From a virus (taxonomy: Duplodnaviria > Caudoviricetes), in the IMG/VR virus record IMGVR_UViG_3300020027_000007, positions 1-62,149 of that record: a stretch of 62,149 nt of DNA. One strand, written 5' to 3'. A program made the position numbers and the translations under genes. Position 1 is the first letter of the stretch. The number at the start of each line of letters is the position of its first letter. Positions 36,539 through 44,986 of this stretch are shown piece by piece. Below the pieces are notes generated by a model that searched no databases, was not told where the DNA came from, and saw only the letters and a list, made by a program, of their open reading frames with translations.

Positions 36539-37803
36539 TGACGAACCTCATCCTGAACCGCACCCAGCCGCTGTTGATGAACAACACCCACGAGTACGGA
36601 GCCGTTGCCTCCGGCCACGTCAACGTTCTCCGGGATGCTCGCCTGCGCAAGCAGCTCGGGCTCATCATGCCCATCGCCGGTGGTGACCGTGGTTACGCCA
36701 CTGAGGGTGACGTTATCACCCAGACCGTCGACGGCGTGCAGCTGAACAACATCTGGGCGGAGTTCCAGGCGACGTTGGCCATCCAGAACGCGGAGCGCAA
36801 CACCCTGGTCTCGTTCCTGACCTACGGGGTCAACGAGCCCATCGTCACTGTGCCGCAGTTCGGTGGCGGTGAGGACTTCGAGATTGCGTCGGAGTTCGGT
36901 GTGCCGAAGTCGGTTCGGCCGCACTCCTCGTACTTCCAGATGGGCTTCGACTTCGAGTGGTACGACATCGCTACTCGGTTCACCTGGAAGTTCTTGGCCG
37001 AGGCCAACAGTTCTCAGGTGGAGTCCATCCACCAGTCCGTTCTGGAAGCCGACAACCGGTTGATCTTCAACGAGATCATGCGGACGCTGTTCCGCAACAC
37101 CAACCGCAGCGTCGATATTCAGCAGCGCGCCTACAACGTGTACGCCTTCTACAACAACGACGGCACGGTGCCGCCGACGTACAAGACGAACGTGTTCGAC
37201 GGCACGCACAACCACTACCTCGTGAACAACTTCGCCACGGTGCGATCCACCGATATCGATGTCCTGTTCTCCATGGTAGAGCACCACGGCTACTCGCGTG
37301 CCAACGGTGCCGAGGTCGTCATGATGGTCAACCGGGCCGAGGCGGACATCATCCGCACGTTCCGTACGGCTCTCACCGGCGGCACGGCTAAGTACGACTT
37401 CATCCCCGCGACCAACACCTCCACGTTCTTGCTCCCGGCAACGTTCATCACCTCCACGGTGAACGGTGTTCGGCCGAGCCCGACGCTGCGAGGCATGAAC
37501 GTCATCGGCTCGTACGGAGACGTTCTGGTCATCGAGGAGCCGTACATCCCGGCTGGCTACATGGTGATGTTCGCCACGGGCGGTCAGGACAGCCTCACCA
37601 ACCCCATCGGCATCCGCGAGCACGCTCGCGCGGAGCTGCACGGCCTGCGTATCGTCAAGGGTCGCGAGCCCGACTACCCGCTGCAGGACTCGTACTACCA
37701 GCGCGGTTTCGGTACCGGTATTCGCCAGCGCGGAGCCGGAGCGATCATGCAGATCAAGGTCGGCGCGGCAAACAGCTACGCCATCCCGGCTCAGTACGTC
37801 TGA
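36538..37803 (+). CDS. Major capsid protein
   Basis: 421 aa, strongest codon bias, position in head operon; FEIASEFGVP, RGFGTGIRQRGAGAIMQI. Confidence 0.88.
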   Translation: MTNLILNRTQPLLMNNTHEYGAVASGHVNVLRDARLRKQLGLIMPIAGGDRGYATEGDVITQTVDGVQLNNIWAEFQATLAIQNAERNTLVSFLTYGVNEPIVTVPQFGGGEDFEIASEFGVPKSVRPHSSYFQMGFDFEWYDIATRFTWKFLAEANSSQVESIHQSVLEADNRLIFNEIMRTLFRNTNRSVDIQQRAYNVYAFYNNDGTVPPTYKTNVFDGTHNHYLVNNFATVRSTDIDVLFSMVEHHGYSRANGAEVVMMVNRAEADIIRTFRTALTGGTAKYDFIPATNTSTFLLPATFITSTVNGVRPSPTLRGMNVIGSYGDVLVIEEPYIPAGYMVMFATGGQDSLTNPIGIREHARAELHGLRIVKGREPDYPLQDSYYQRGFGTGIRQRGAGAIMQIKVGAANSYAIPAQYV

Positions 37804-37811
37804 GTCACCGG

Positions 37812-37855
37812 CTGATAGGGGCTCGGCGCAACGACTGGTCGAGCCCCTTAGTCAG
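37812..37855 (+). terminator. Hairpin after major capsid gene
   Basis: ctga-taggggctcggc...gtcgagcccctta-gtcag. Confidence 0.6.
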
Positions 37856-37881
37856 AAGCGTTACTGAGAAGGGAGAAACAC

Positions 37882-38478
37882 GTGAAGGACGACGGTACTT
37901 TCGAACTCGGCGAGAAGCTGAGCGAAGACGACCACGCGCACCTTCGGGCGCGCTGGGACGTCACCGGTCTCCAGCGGAACGCTCAGAACCTTGGCGTCTC
38001 GCCGGAGGTTGCCATCAACGCGCAGTTCTGGACGTACGACGAGTACGAGTCGGCGCTGGAGTCGGCCAAGGACCAGGAGCCTGCTGAGCAGCCGCAGAAC
38101 CCGGAGGCTGCACCGGGCGGCACTGCCGACCCCGTCGGCGGTTCTATCGGTGACCGGCAGGTAGCTGGCCTGACTGAGCCGGTGCCGGTAGCCCCCGGAT
38201 CTGCTACCCCGTTGGGTTCTCAGGGTGTCGAAGGGGTGCCGGGAGACTTCACCAGCCCGCGTTCCTTCGCCGACCCGGAGCTCGCGGGCAAGCAGTACGA
38301 GGACTGGACCAAGGACCAGCTCATCGCCGAAATCAACAAGCGCAACGCCGACCGTGTCGGCGACGACGACTACGCCGACGACGAGCCGATGGTTGTCACC
38401 GGCAACAAGGCTGACCTCGTGGCTCGCCTCACCGAGGACGACGAAGCCGACGCGCCCGTCGAGGGCGAGTCCGAGTAA
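37882..38478 (+). CDS. Acidic protein with C-terminal SAP/HeH-like helical motif
   Basis: YEDWTKDQLIAEINKRN...GNKADLVARLTEDD. Confidence 0.7.
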   Translation: MKDDGTFELGEKLSEDDHAHLRARWDVTGLQRNAQNLGVSPEVAINAQFWTYDEYESALESAKDQEPAEQPQNPEAAPGGTADPVGGSIGDRQVAGLTEPVPVAPGSATPLGSQGVEGVPGDFTSPRSFADPELAGKQYEDWTKDQLIAEINKRNADRVGDDDYADDEPMVVTGNKADLVARLTEDDEADAPVEGESE

Positions 38479-38551
38479 CTGAACCGGCAGTGGGGCGAGC
38501 CTCCTGTTGGCCTGCCCGCTCGTCCCACTGCCTACTCGAAGGAGCTTGCTC

Positions 38552-38896
38552 ATGGCAACTGCTGCAGAGATCGCCTACGTTCGCGAGCTCATTAACGAGC
38601 CAGACGAGAACGGCGCATGGCCCGACGACCGCATCGACGCGTTCATTGAGGCCAACCGGCAGGCCGACGGAACCATCAACCTGAAGTTGCCCGCCTCTGA
38701 CATTTGGGGTGTGAAGGCAACTACCTTCAGCCAGCTCGTGGACGTCTCCGAGTCCGGCAGCAGTCGTAAGATGAGCGACTTGCTCAAGAACGCTCTCCTG
38801 CTGCAGAAGTCGCTGCGGGATGGAGCCGAGACCCCGCCGGATATCCTTGACCCGTTGGCAGATCGACCGCAAACAAGAGCCATCGTGCGCCCATGA
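38552..38896 (+). CDS. Head-to-tail adaptor
   Basis: AAGGAG RBS; VRELINEPD...DVSESGSSRKMS; synteny. Confidence 0.7.
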   Translation: MATAAEIAYVRELINEPDENGAWPDDRIDAFIEANRQADGTINLKLPASDIWGVKATTFSQLVDVSESGSSRKMSDLLKNALLLQKSLRDGAETPPDILDPLADRPQTRAIVRP

Positions 38897-38991
38897 AAAG
38901 CCTCATGTGCATGGCGTGCCTTCGTTGCCGGTACTCCCCAGTTCATGGAGTGGCTCGGCTGCTCGGTATGTGCCCAGGAGACAAGCGATGA
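38893..38991 (+). CDS. Tiny Cys-rich ORF (32 aa)
   Basis: MKSLMCMACLRCRYSPVHGVARLLGMCPGDKR; ATGA overlaps at both ends. Confidence 0.45.
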   Translation: MKSLMCMACLRCRYSPVHGVARLLGMCPGDKR

Positions 38992-39365
38992 GTGCGCAGG
39001 CTGACGAGCTCACGTACATGCGCATTCAGACGGCTGCTTTCATCGCCGCTGACGTCAAGGCCATTTCGTTGCATCGGACAATTACTACTCCGAATGGCAG
39101 CGGTGGATACACCACCGCCGAAGGGGCGGCAACGACCGCTCAGGACCTTCGCCTCATTCCCCAGCACGGCAACATGAGCCCGGAGCGAACAACGCTGGAC
39201 GGCGAAGCTGCTCAGCCCAATTACATTCTTCTCGGGAACTACGACGCGGATATCCAGCGTTGGGACACCTTCACGGACCAGGGTCGCCGCTATCAGGTGC
39301 TCTTCGTTCATGAGAAGGCGTCTTACGAGAAGAAGGGCGAGGTCTTGTATCTTGGCGAATCCTAG
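38988..39365 (+). CDS. Head-to-tail stopper / head closure protein
   Basis: AGGAG RBS; NGSGGY, ADIQRWDTF..GRRYQV; synteny. Confidence 0.7.
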   Translation: MSAQADELTYMRIQTAAFIAADVKAISLHRTITTPNGSGGYTTAEGAATTAQDLRLIPQHGNMSPERTTLDGEAAQPNYILLGNYDADIQRWDTFTDQGRRYQVLFVHEKASYEKKGEVLYLGES

Positions 39366-39792
39366 GGTCCGAATCAAAGGCGTGAAGATGCGCAACACCG
39401 GGCAGCAAGCCCAAGGTGCCAAGCAGTTCGCGCGCTTCACCCTTGATGAAGACACCTTGACGCCAACAATCAAGGCATTGCCCAAGGTGATTGACGGAAT
39501 CATCGCCTTGACGATGCGGTATTACGAGCCGCGCATGGAGAACCACGCCAAAATCAACGCCGTGTGGACTGACCGAACCACGAATGCTCGAAACGGGCTC
39601 GCGGCAAGGAGCGGTCGCACTACGGACGTGCACTACATCGTGCTTTTCCACTCAGTTCCCTACGGCATCCACCTAGAGACAATACAGCAGGGTCGCTTCG
39701 CCATCATTATGCCGACAATTGATAAGTTCGGACCCGAGATCATGAGTACCTTCCAGAAGATTCTCGACAAGCGATTCCCGGGGGCATCATGA
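39352..39792 (+). CDS. HK97 gp10-like neck protein
   Basis: AKINAVWTDRTTNARNGL...HSVPYGIHLE...RFAIIMPT. Confidence 0.75.
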   Translation: MANPRVRIKGVKMRNTGQQAQGAKQFARFTLDEDTLTPTIKALPKVIDGIIALTMRYYEPRMENHAKINAVWTDRTTNARNGLAARSGRTTDVHYIVLFHSVPYGIHLETIQQGRFAIIMPTIDKFGPEIMSTFQKILDKRFPGAS

Positions 39793-40181
39793 GGAAAGCT
39801 GTTCATCACCTGCTGACGACTGACCCCACCCTCCTCGGCCTCCTGCCCGCAGACCGATGGTTAGAACGCGGTGCAGTGAAGGACTCCCAACACACCCCGT
39901 TTGCCGTTCTGGCATGGCAAGGCACGACGCCTAGGGGCCGTGGTTTGCTGGGCACGCCTCGGCTCACCATTTGGGTGTATCAGGCACGCGGCAGCTACGA
40001 CCTCATTGACAAAGTGCTCAAGCGTTGCACTGTCGTTCTGGAAGCTGTCGAGCAATATGTCTGGGAAGACGAACGCATTGCTCAAGCTGATTTCGAGGGA
40101 AGTTCAGTGGACTTGTACGACGAGTTGTACAAGGCAAATGCTCGAAATGCTGGGTACCGCGTAATCGGTTCTGGCCTGTAG
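39789..40181 (+). CDS. Tail terminator protein
   Basis: 130 aa, PFAVL and LTIWVY pattern; synteny. Confidence 0.65.
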   Translation: MRKAVHHLLTTDPTLLGLLPADRWLERGAVKDSQHTPFAVLAWQGTTPRGRGLLGTPRLTIWVYQARGSYDLIDKVLKRCTVVLEAVEQYVWEDERIAQADFEGSSVDLYDELYKANARNAGYRVIGSGL

Positions 40182-40192
40182 AATTCTTCCAA
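40177..40192 (+). promoter_or_regulatory. Candidate late promoter motif TGTAGAATTCTTCCAA
   Basis: Matches 35249-35265 with a 1-nt deletion; upstream of the tail genes. Confidence 0.5.
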
Positions 40193-40209
40193 TAGGGAGG
40201 AGGGAAACC

Positions 40210-40506
40210 ATGGTAAAGGCAAGTGCGAACTCCGTTGCCACGAGCAACGAGGATGTAGCAGATGAGCCGACCGGTTCGCGTGTCATCGCGGAGTGGATCG
40301 GAGATGCTGCTTCTCCTCGCATCAAGGGCAGTACGTCTCGCGAGCTGACGAAGGCTCAGGTCAAGGACGGGCTGTTGATGACGTTGACACGCGACCTGAC
40401 TTGGACGCATGCGACGGCATACCGCGCCGACGTCACCGACGAGTCGGACGCGTTCAAGGACTGGCTGCACGAGCAGAAGGAGTTCAAGGTCACCGAGGAG
40501 GACTGA
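40210..40506 (+). CDS. Hypothetical protein
   Basis: GGGAGGAGGG RBS; good codon bias. Confidence 0.75.
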   Translation: MVKASANSVATSNEDVADEPTGSRVIAEWIGDAASPRIKGSTSRELTKAQVKDGLLMTLTRDLTWTHATAYRADVTDESDAFKDWLHEQKEFKVTEED

Positions 40507-40510
40507 TGCC

Positions 40511-40744
40511 ATGAGCAACGAACTGCGCTGCCCCAACGGCATCAAGTTTGCTGAACTCTCCCAGGAGTTCATCGAGGTGAAATGCCGGTCAAAGCGGTGT
40601 GGTGCGGGGCCCGGCGTCGTGGTGATCCATCGCTTCACTCACGAAGGTAGTTTCATCGCAACACAGCGTTTCCGCGATCCAGCATTTAGAGAAGAGGTGA
40701 AGACACATGCCACTCGGAACAGCACTTCCCTACGGTCTGCGTGA
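40511..40744 (+). CDS. Small zinc-ribbon protein (Mu Com-like)
   Basis: GAGGAGG RBS; ELRCPNG...FIEVKCRSKRCG...IHRF. Confidence 0.55.
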   Translation: MSNELRCPNGIKFAELSQEFIEVKCRSKRCGAGPGVVVIHRFTHEGSFIATQRFRDPAFREEVKTHATRNSTSLRSA

Positions 40745-41246
40745 CGTCAAGGTTGCCCCCATGGATCCTGCGGGCGTCATTGGGACCATGGTGGACCTGC
40801 CCAACAGCCAGACGCTCTCTTTCACGGAGAACGAGGACTTCCAGGAACTGCGGGGCGACGACAAAGTCGTTGCCAAGCGGGGTTCTGGGCCGACGGTCGA
40901 CTGGACCCTCGACAACGGCGGTATTTCGTTGGAGGCCTACGCCATCATGAATGGCGGCACGGTGGTCTCCAGCGGTATCACCCCGGCCATGAAGAAGAAG
41001 TACTCCAAGCTGGGTACCGATTCGAAGCCCGACTTCTGGGCCGAAGGCCAAGCCATGAGCGAGTCTGGCGGCGACTTCCACGTCACCCTGTACCGCTGCA
41101 AGGCGGACGGCGGCATCGAGGGAGAGCTCACCGACGGCGAGTTCTGGGTCACCAGTGCCAGCGGTACCGGCATTGCAGACCTGGCGAACAAGCTGTACGA
41201 CATGGTGCAGAACGAAGTCGCGTTGGCCATCGTCCAGCCCGCCTGA
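40707..41246 (+). CDS. Major tail protein
   Basis: LPYGLRDVKV...ELRGDD...GGIS...GDFHVTLYRCK; precedes the tail chaperone. Confidence 0.85.
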   Translation: MPLGTALPYGLRDVKVAPMDPAGVIGTMVDLPNSQTLSFTENEDFQELRGDDKVVAKRGSGPTVDWTLDNGGISLEAYAIMNGGTVVSSGITPAMKKKYSKLGTDSKPDFWAEGQAMSESGGDFHVTLYRCKADGGIEGELTDGEFWVTSASGTGIADLANKLYDMVQNEVALAIVQPA

Positions 41247-41300
41247 GCAATACCCCAGTAGTAGCCCGAGGCAACTGAATATTTTGAGAGGACCACACGG

Positions 41301-41951
41301 ATGGCAGCCTCAACTGCACCGAAGAAGAAGAAGAGCGGCAACCCTGCGAAGGTGAACACCGGCCGCAACTGGAAGCGGAACAAGGGCGAAGAGCTCACGC
41401 TTCCCTCCGGCAATACCGCACTCGTGAAGCGTCCGGGTCCGGCTGCCTTGCTCAGCGACGGGCTTCTCCCGGACACTCTGATGCCCATCGTTCAGCAGGC
41501 CATCACCAAGGGTAAGGGACTTCGCCCCCAGGACACGGCCAAGATGATCGAAGACCCGGCCGCCATCGCGGGCATGCTCGACAGCATGGATCGCCTGATG
41601 GTGAAGGTGGTTGTTGCTCCGACCGTTGCCTATCACAAGTGCTGGAAGCCTGCGCCGGACGCCATCGGTGGGGTGACGCTCGGTCAGGCTTATGGTGCCG
41701 GTGAATGGCAGACCATCGATGACGAACAGCGCGACGGAGCAACTACTTGCTCATGGTGCAGTCAGGTGCACCCCGACGGGGACGAGGTCATCTACAGCGA
41801 CGAGGTAGACCTCGACGACAAGATGTTCATCTTCCAGTACGCGGTCGGAGGTACGCGCGACCTGGAACGATTTCGTAGCGAACACGCTGCTGGTATGGGA
41901 GACATTTCAGATGGCTCGGGAGATGAAAGTACGCCCGAGTCAACTGATTAA
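41301..41951 (+). CDS. Tail assembly chaperone (gpG)
   Basis: LTLPSG...VDLDDKMFIFQYAVGGTRDLERFR; between tail tube and tape measure. Confidence 0.8.
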   Translation: MAASTAPKKKKSGNPAKVNTGRNWKRNKGEELTLPSGNTALVKRPGPAALLSDGLLPDTLMPIVQQAITKGKGLRPQDTAKMIEDPAAIAGMLDSMDRLMVKVVVAPTVAYHKCWKPAPDAIGGVTLGQAYGAGEWQTIDDEQRDGATTCSWCSQVHPDGDEVIYSDEVDLDDKMFIFQYAVGGTRDLERFRSEHAAGMGDISDGSGDESTPESTD

Positions 41952-42156
41952 CCTAGACCCCTCGGAAGAGCTGGCTGTTTACTGCTTCGATAGAGCAATC
42001 AATGCCTTCGGGGATGCACTCATGGCAGACCTGAAAGACATAGAAGCGAAGAACAAAAAAGAAGCGCAGTTGAAGACCCAGAGCATTCTCAGAAGGTGGT
42101 TGCCGGAGGCAAGGTCGGGCAGGCCGAACCGAAGTCCAGCTAAGAGAAGCGGATAG
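41872..42156 (+). CDS. Tail assembly chaperone gpT segment, predicted to be read by +1 frameshift at CGA TTT CGT (41868-41876)
   Basis: The +1 frame is open from the slip site: FVANTLLVWETFQMAREMKVRPSQL...YCFDRAI. Confidence 0.65.
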   Translation, partial: FVANTLLVWETFQMAREMKVRPSQLINLDPSEELAVYCFDRAINAFGDALMADLKDIEAKNKKEAQLKTQSILRRWLPEARSGRPNRSPAKRSG

Positions 42157-42160
42157 GTCA

Positions 42161-44986
42161 ATGGCCGGAGATTACAATCTCGGGACAGCCCGGGGAAAGC
42201 TCGAGATTGATGCTGCTGGCGCGGAGAAAGGTGCCAAGCAGGGCGAGAAGGCCGTTGAGGGGTTCACCGGCAAACTGACCAAGGCGGGTCCGGGTCTCGC
42301 TAAGGTCGGTGCCACCATTGGTGGCGTTGGCGTCGCTATTGGCGCGGCGTTCGTCGGAGCCGTTAAGAAGGCTGCTGATTTCGAGAAGGGTCTTTCCGCC
42401 ATTCAGGCGGTCTCTGGAGCTACGGCTCCGGAGATGGAGAAGATTAGGCAGAAGGCTCTTCAGCTAGGTGCCGACACCTCCTTCTCCGCCGGTGAAGCTG
42501 CCTCCGCAATGGAGGAGCTCATCAAGGCCGGTCTGCCCATTGAGGATGTTCTCAATGGCGCTGCAGACGCGACCGTAGCGCTTGCCGCTGCTGGTGAGAT
42601 TGAGCTGCCCAAGGCAGCCGCTATCGCCAGCAATGCGATGAACCAGTTCTCCTTGACGGCAGCGGAGATGCCGAAGATTGCGGACCTCATCGCAGGTGCC
42701 GCGAACGCTAGCGCAATTGACGTTAGCGACTTCGGCCAGTCCCTCTCCCAGGTCGGCGCGGTGGCTAACCTTGCTGGTCTTTCCTTCGAGGACACGGCAA
42801 TTGCGATTGCTGAAATGGGCAACGCGGGTATTAAGGGCAGCGATGCCGGTACCTCGTTGAAGACCATGCTCAGCAACTTGCAGCCGACCACCAAGAAGGC
42901 TGCCAACCTCATGAAGGACCTCGGTATCATTACCGAGCAGGGGTCCAACCGCTTCTATGATGCCCAAGGCAACCTTAAGTCGCTCAAGGACATCCAGCAG
43001 ATTCTCCAGGACAGCACCAAGAACCTGACGGCTGCACAGAAGCAGAGTGCCCTCCAGACCATCTTCGGTAGCGACGCCATTCGGGCAGCGGCAGTCCTTA
43101 CGAAGAACGGTGCCAAGGGCTACGACGAGCTCGCCACCAACATGAAGAAGGTGACGGCTGAGCAGGTAGCGGCTGCTCGTCAGAACAACCTCTCCGGTGA
43201 CATGGAGAAGCTGAGCGGAAGCCTGGACACGGTCGCCATTCAGATTGGCACCATCTTCCTCCCAGCCGTACGGGATCTCGTTCAGGCATTGGGTTCTCTG
43301 GTCAACTGGTTCAGCAACCTGAGCAAGGGCACCCAGAAGACCATCGTCATCATCGCAGCAATTCTCGCGGTGGTGTTGATCCTTGTCGGGGGAATGATTG
43401 CCTTTGCCGGTGCCATCGGCATCGTGCTGGCTGCACTGGCTCCGCTGGCTGCGGTCATCGGCATCACGGTCGGGGCATTGCTGGGCTGGATTGTCATCAT
43501 CCCCATCATCATTGCAGCGGTCGTTGCCCTAGTTGTCATCATCATCAAAAACTGGGACAAGATCAAGGCGTTCACCATCAAGATTTGGAACGCGGTAGTT
43601 GCGTTCCTCAAGGGTGTTTGGTCTGACGTCGCTGGCTTCTTCAGCAAGGTCGGTGGCAGCATCGCCGACTTCTTCGTGGGCCTCTGGGAAAAGGTGTCCT
43701 CGGCAACCACCTCCGCCTGGAACGCGGTGTTCGGGTTCATCAAGGGCATCCTCACCGACATCGCAGGCTTCTTCACCGGCATCTGGAACAGCATTACTGC
43801 CGCGCTGACGGCAGCCTGGAACGGCGTGGTTGCTTTCGTGACGGCGGTTCTCAGCACACTGCTGTCCGTGCTGATGGCAGGGCTCAACCTGATCCTCGCC
43901 CCCTGGCGTGCATTCTGGGCGGTGTTCGGCGGCCTCATCACGGCGGTATGGAACCTCATCGTCGCAGTGGTCACACTAGCCGTCAAGGCGTTGCTGTACG
44001 TCATTGTGACGGCGTTCACCACCATCCTCAGCGCAGTGATTTCAGCGCTCGGGGCAACGAGAGACTTCTTGGTCTCCGTATGGAACTTCATCGCAAAGAT
44101 GGTGTCTACTGTTGTCGGCACTATCGTTTCCGTTGTCGTGAGCAAGTTCAACGAAGCGAAGACTGCTGTCATCAGCATCTTCACCGCAGTGAAGAACTTC
44201 CTCACTAACGTGTTCGTCGCAATCTTCAACTTCATCAACCCCAAAGTCGTTGCGATTAAGAACGCGATCGTCACGGCATTCACAGCGGCTAAAAACTTCG
44301 TTGTAAGCATCTTCAACGCGGTGGCCAGCTTCGTTGCCAGCGTGTGGAACGCCATTGTGGCCAAGGTCAGCGGTCCAGTCAACGCGGTGAAGAATGTCAT
44401 CGTTAGTGGCTTCACCGCAGCCAAGAACACTGCCACCAGTATCTTCAACTCCATCCGAGACGCAATCGGAAATGCCATCAGTACGGCATACGACAAGGTC
44501 GCCAGCATCGTCGGCAAGATTCGCGGCGTGTTCAGCGGCGCGGCAAGTTGGCTGGTCAACGCAGGCCGCGACATCATCATGGGTCTGGTGAACGGCATCA
44601 CCAGCCGCATCAACGCCGTGACGGACAAGCTCAAGAAGCTGACCGACATGATCCCGAAGGTTAAGGGCCCCGAGCAACGAGACAAGAAGCTGCTGAAGCC
44701 CAACGCTGGCTGGATCATGGACGGCTTTGTCGGAGGCTTGGAGGACGGCGTCGCAGACGTTCGCAGAGTGCTAGGTGGGCTAACTGGTGCCCTACCCACT
44801 TTTGTACCGGTCTTCGGGCAGGCGGTCGGGGATGCGGGCGGACGCAGCAGCCTCGGTGCCCAGGTGCCGGTACAGCAAGGCGAAGGCACGGTCATCAATC
44901 TCCATTCCTACAACCCGGTCGGCAAGAGCGATGTGGAAACTCTCAGCGATGAGGTTACCCGGCTCGCAACCCTTGGAGTGCTCTGA
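42161..44986 (+). CDS. Tape measure protein
   Basis: 941 aa Ala-rich; TP901-type core (TSFSAGEAA, GIKGSDAGTSL); W/F-periodic amphipathic repeats. Confidence 0.95.
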   Translation: MAGDYNLGTARGKLEIDAAGAEKGAKQGEKAVEGFTGKLTKAGPGLAKVGATIGGVGVAIGAAFVGAVKKAADFEKGLSAIQAVSGATAPEMEKIRQKALQLGADTSFSAGEAASAMEELIKAGLPIEDVLNGAADATVALAAAGEIELPKAAAIASNAMNQFSLTAAEMPKIADLIAGAANASAIDVSDFGQSLSQVGAVANLAGLSFEDTAIAIAEMGNAGIKGSDAGTSLKTMLSNLQPTTKKAANLMKDLGIITEQGSNRFYDAQGNLKSLKDIQQILQDSTKNLTAAQKQSALQTIFGSDAIRAAAVLTKNGAKGYDELATNMKKVTAEQVAAARQNNLSGDMEKLSGSLDTVAIQIGTIFLPAVRDLVQALGSLVNWFSNLSKGTQKTIVIIAAILAVVLILVGGMIAFAGAIGIVLAALAPLAAVIGITVGALLGWIVIIPIIIAAVVALVVIIIKNWDKIKAFTIKIWNAVVAFLKGVWSDVAGFFSKVGGSIADFFVGLWEKVSSATTSAWNAVFGFIKGILTDIAGFFTGIWNSITAALTAAWNGVVAFVTAVLSTLLSVLMAGLNLILAPWRAFWAVFGGLITAVWNLIVAVVTLAVKALLYVIVTAFTTILSAVISALGATRDFLVSVWNFIAKMVSTVVGTIVSVVVSKFNEAKTAVISIFTAVKNFLTNVFVAIFNFINPKVVAIKNAIVTAFTAAKNFVVSIFNAVASFVASVWNAIVAKVSGPVNAVKNVIVSGFTAAKNTATSIFNSIRDAIGNAISTAYDKVASIVGKIRGVFSGAASWLVNAGRDIIMGLVNGITSRINAVTDKLKKLTDMIPKVKGPEQRDKKLLKPNAGWIMDGFVGGLEDGVADVRRVLGGLTGALPTFVPVFGQAVGDAGGRSSLGAQVPVQQGEGTVINLHSYNPVGKSDVETLSDEVTRLATLGVL

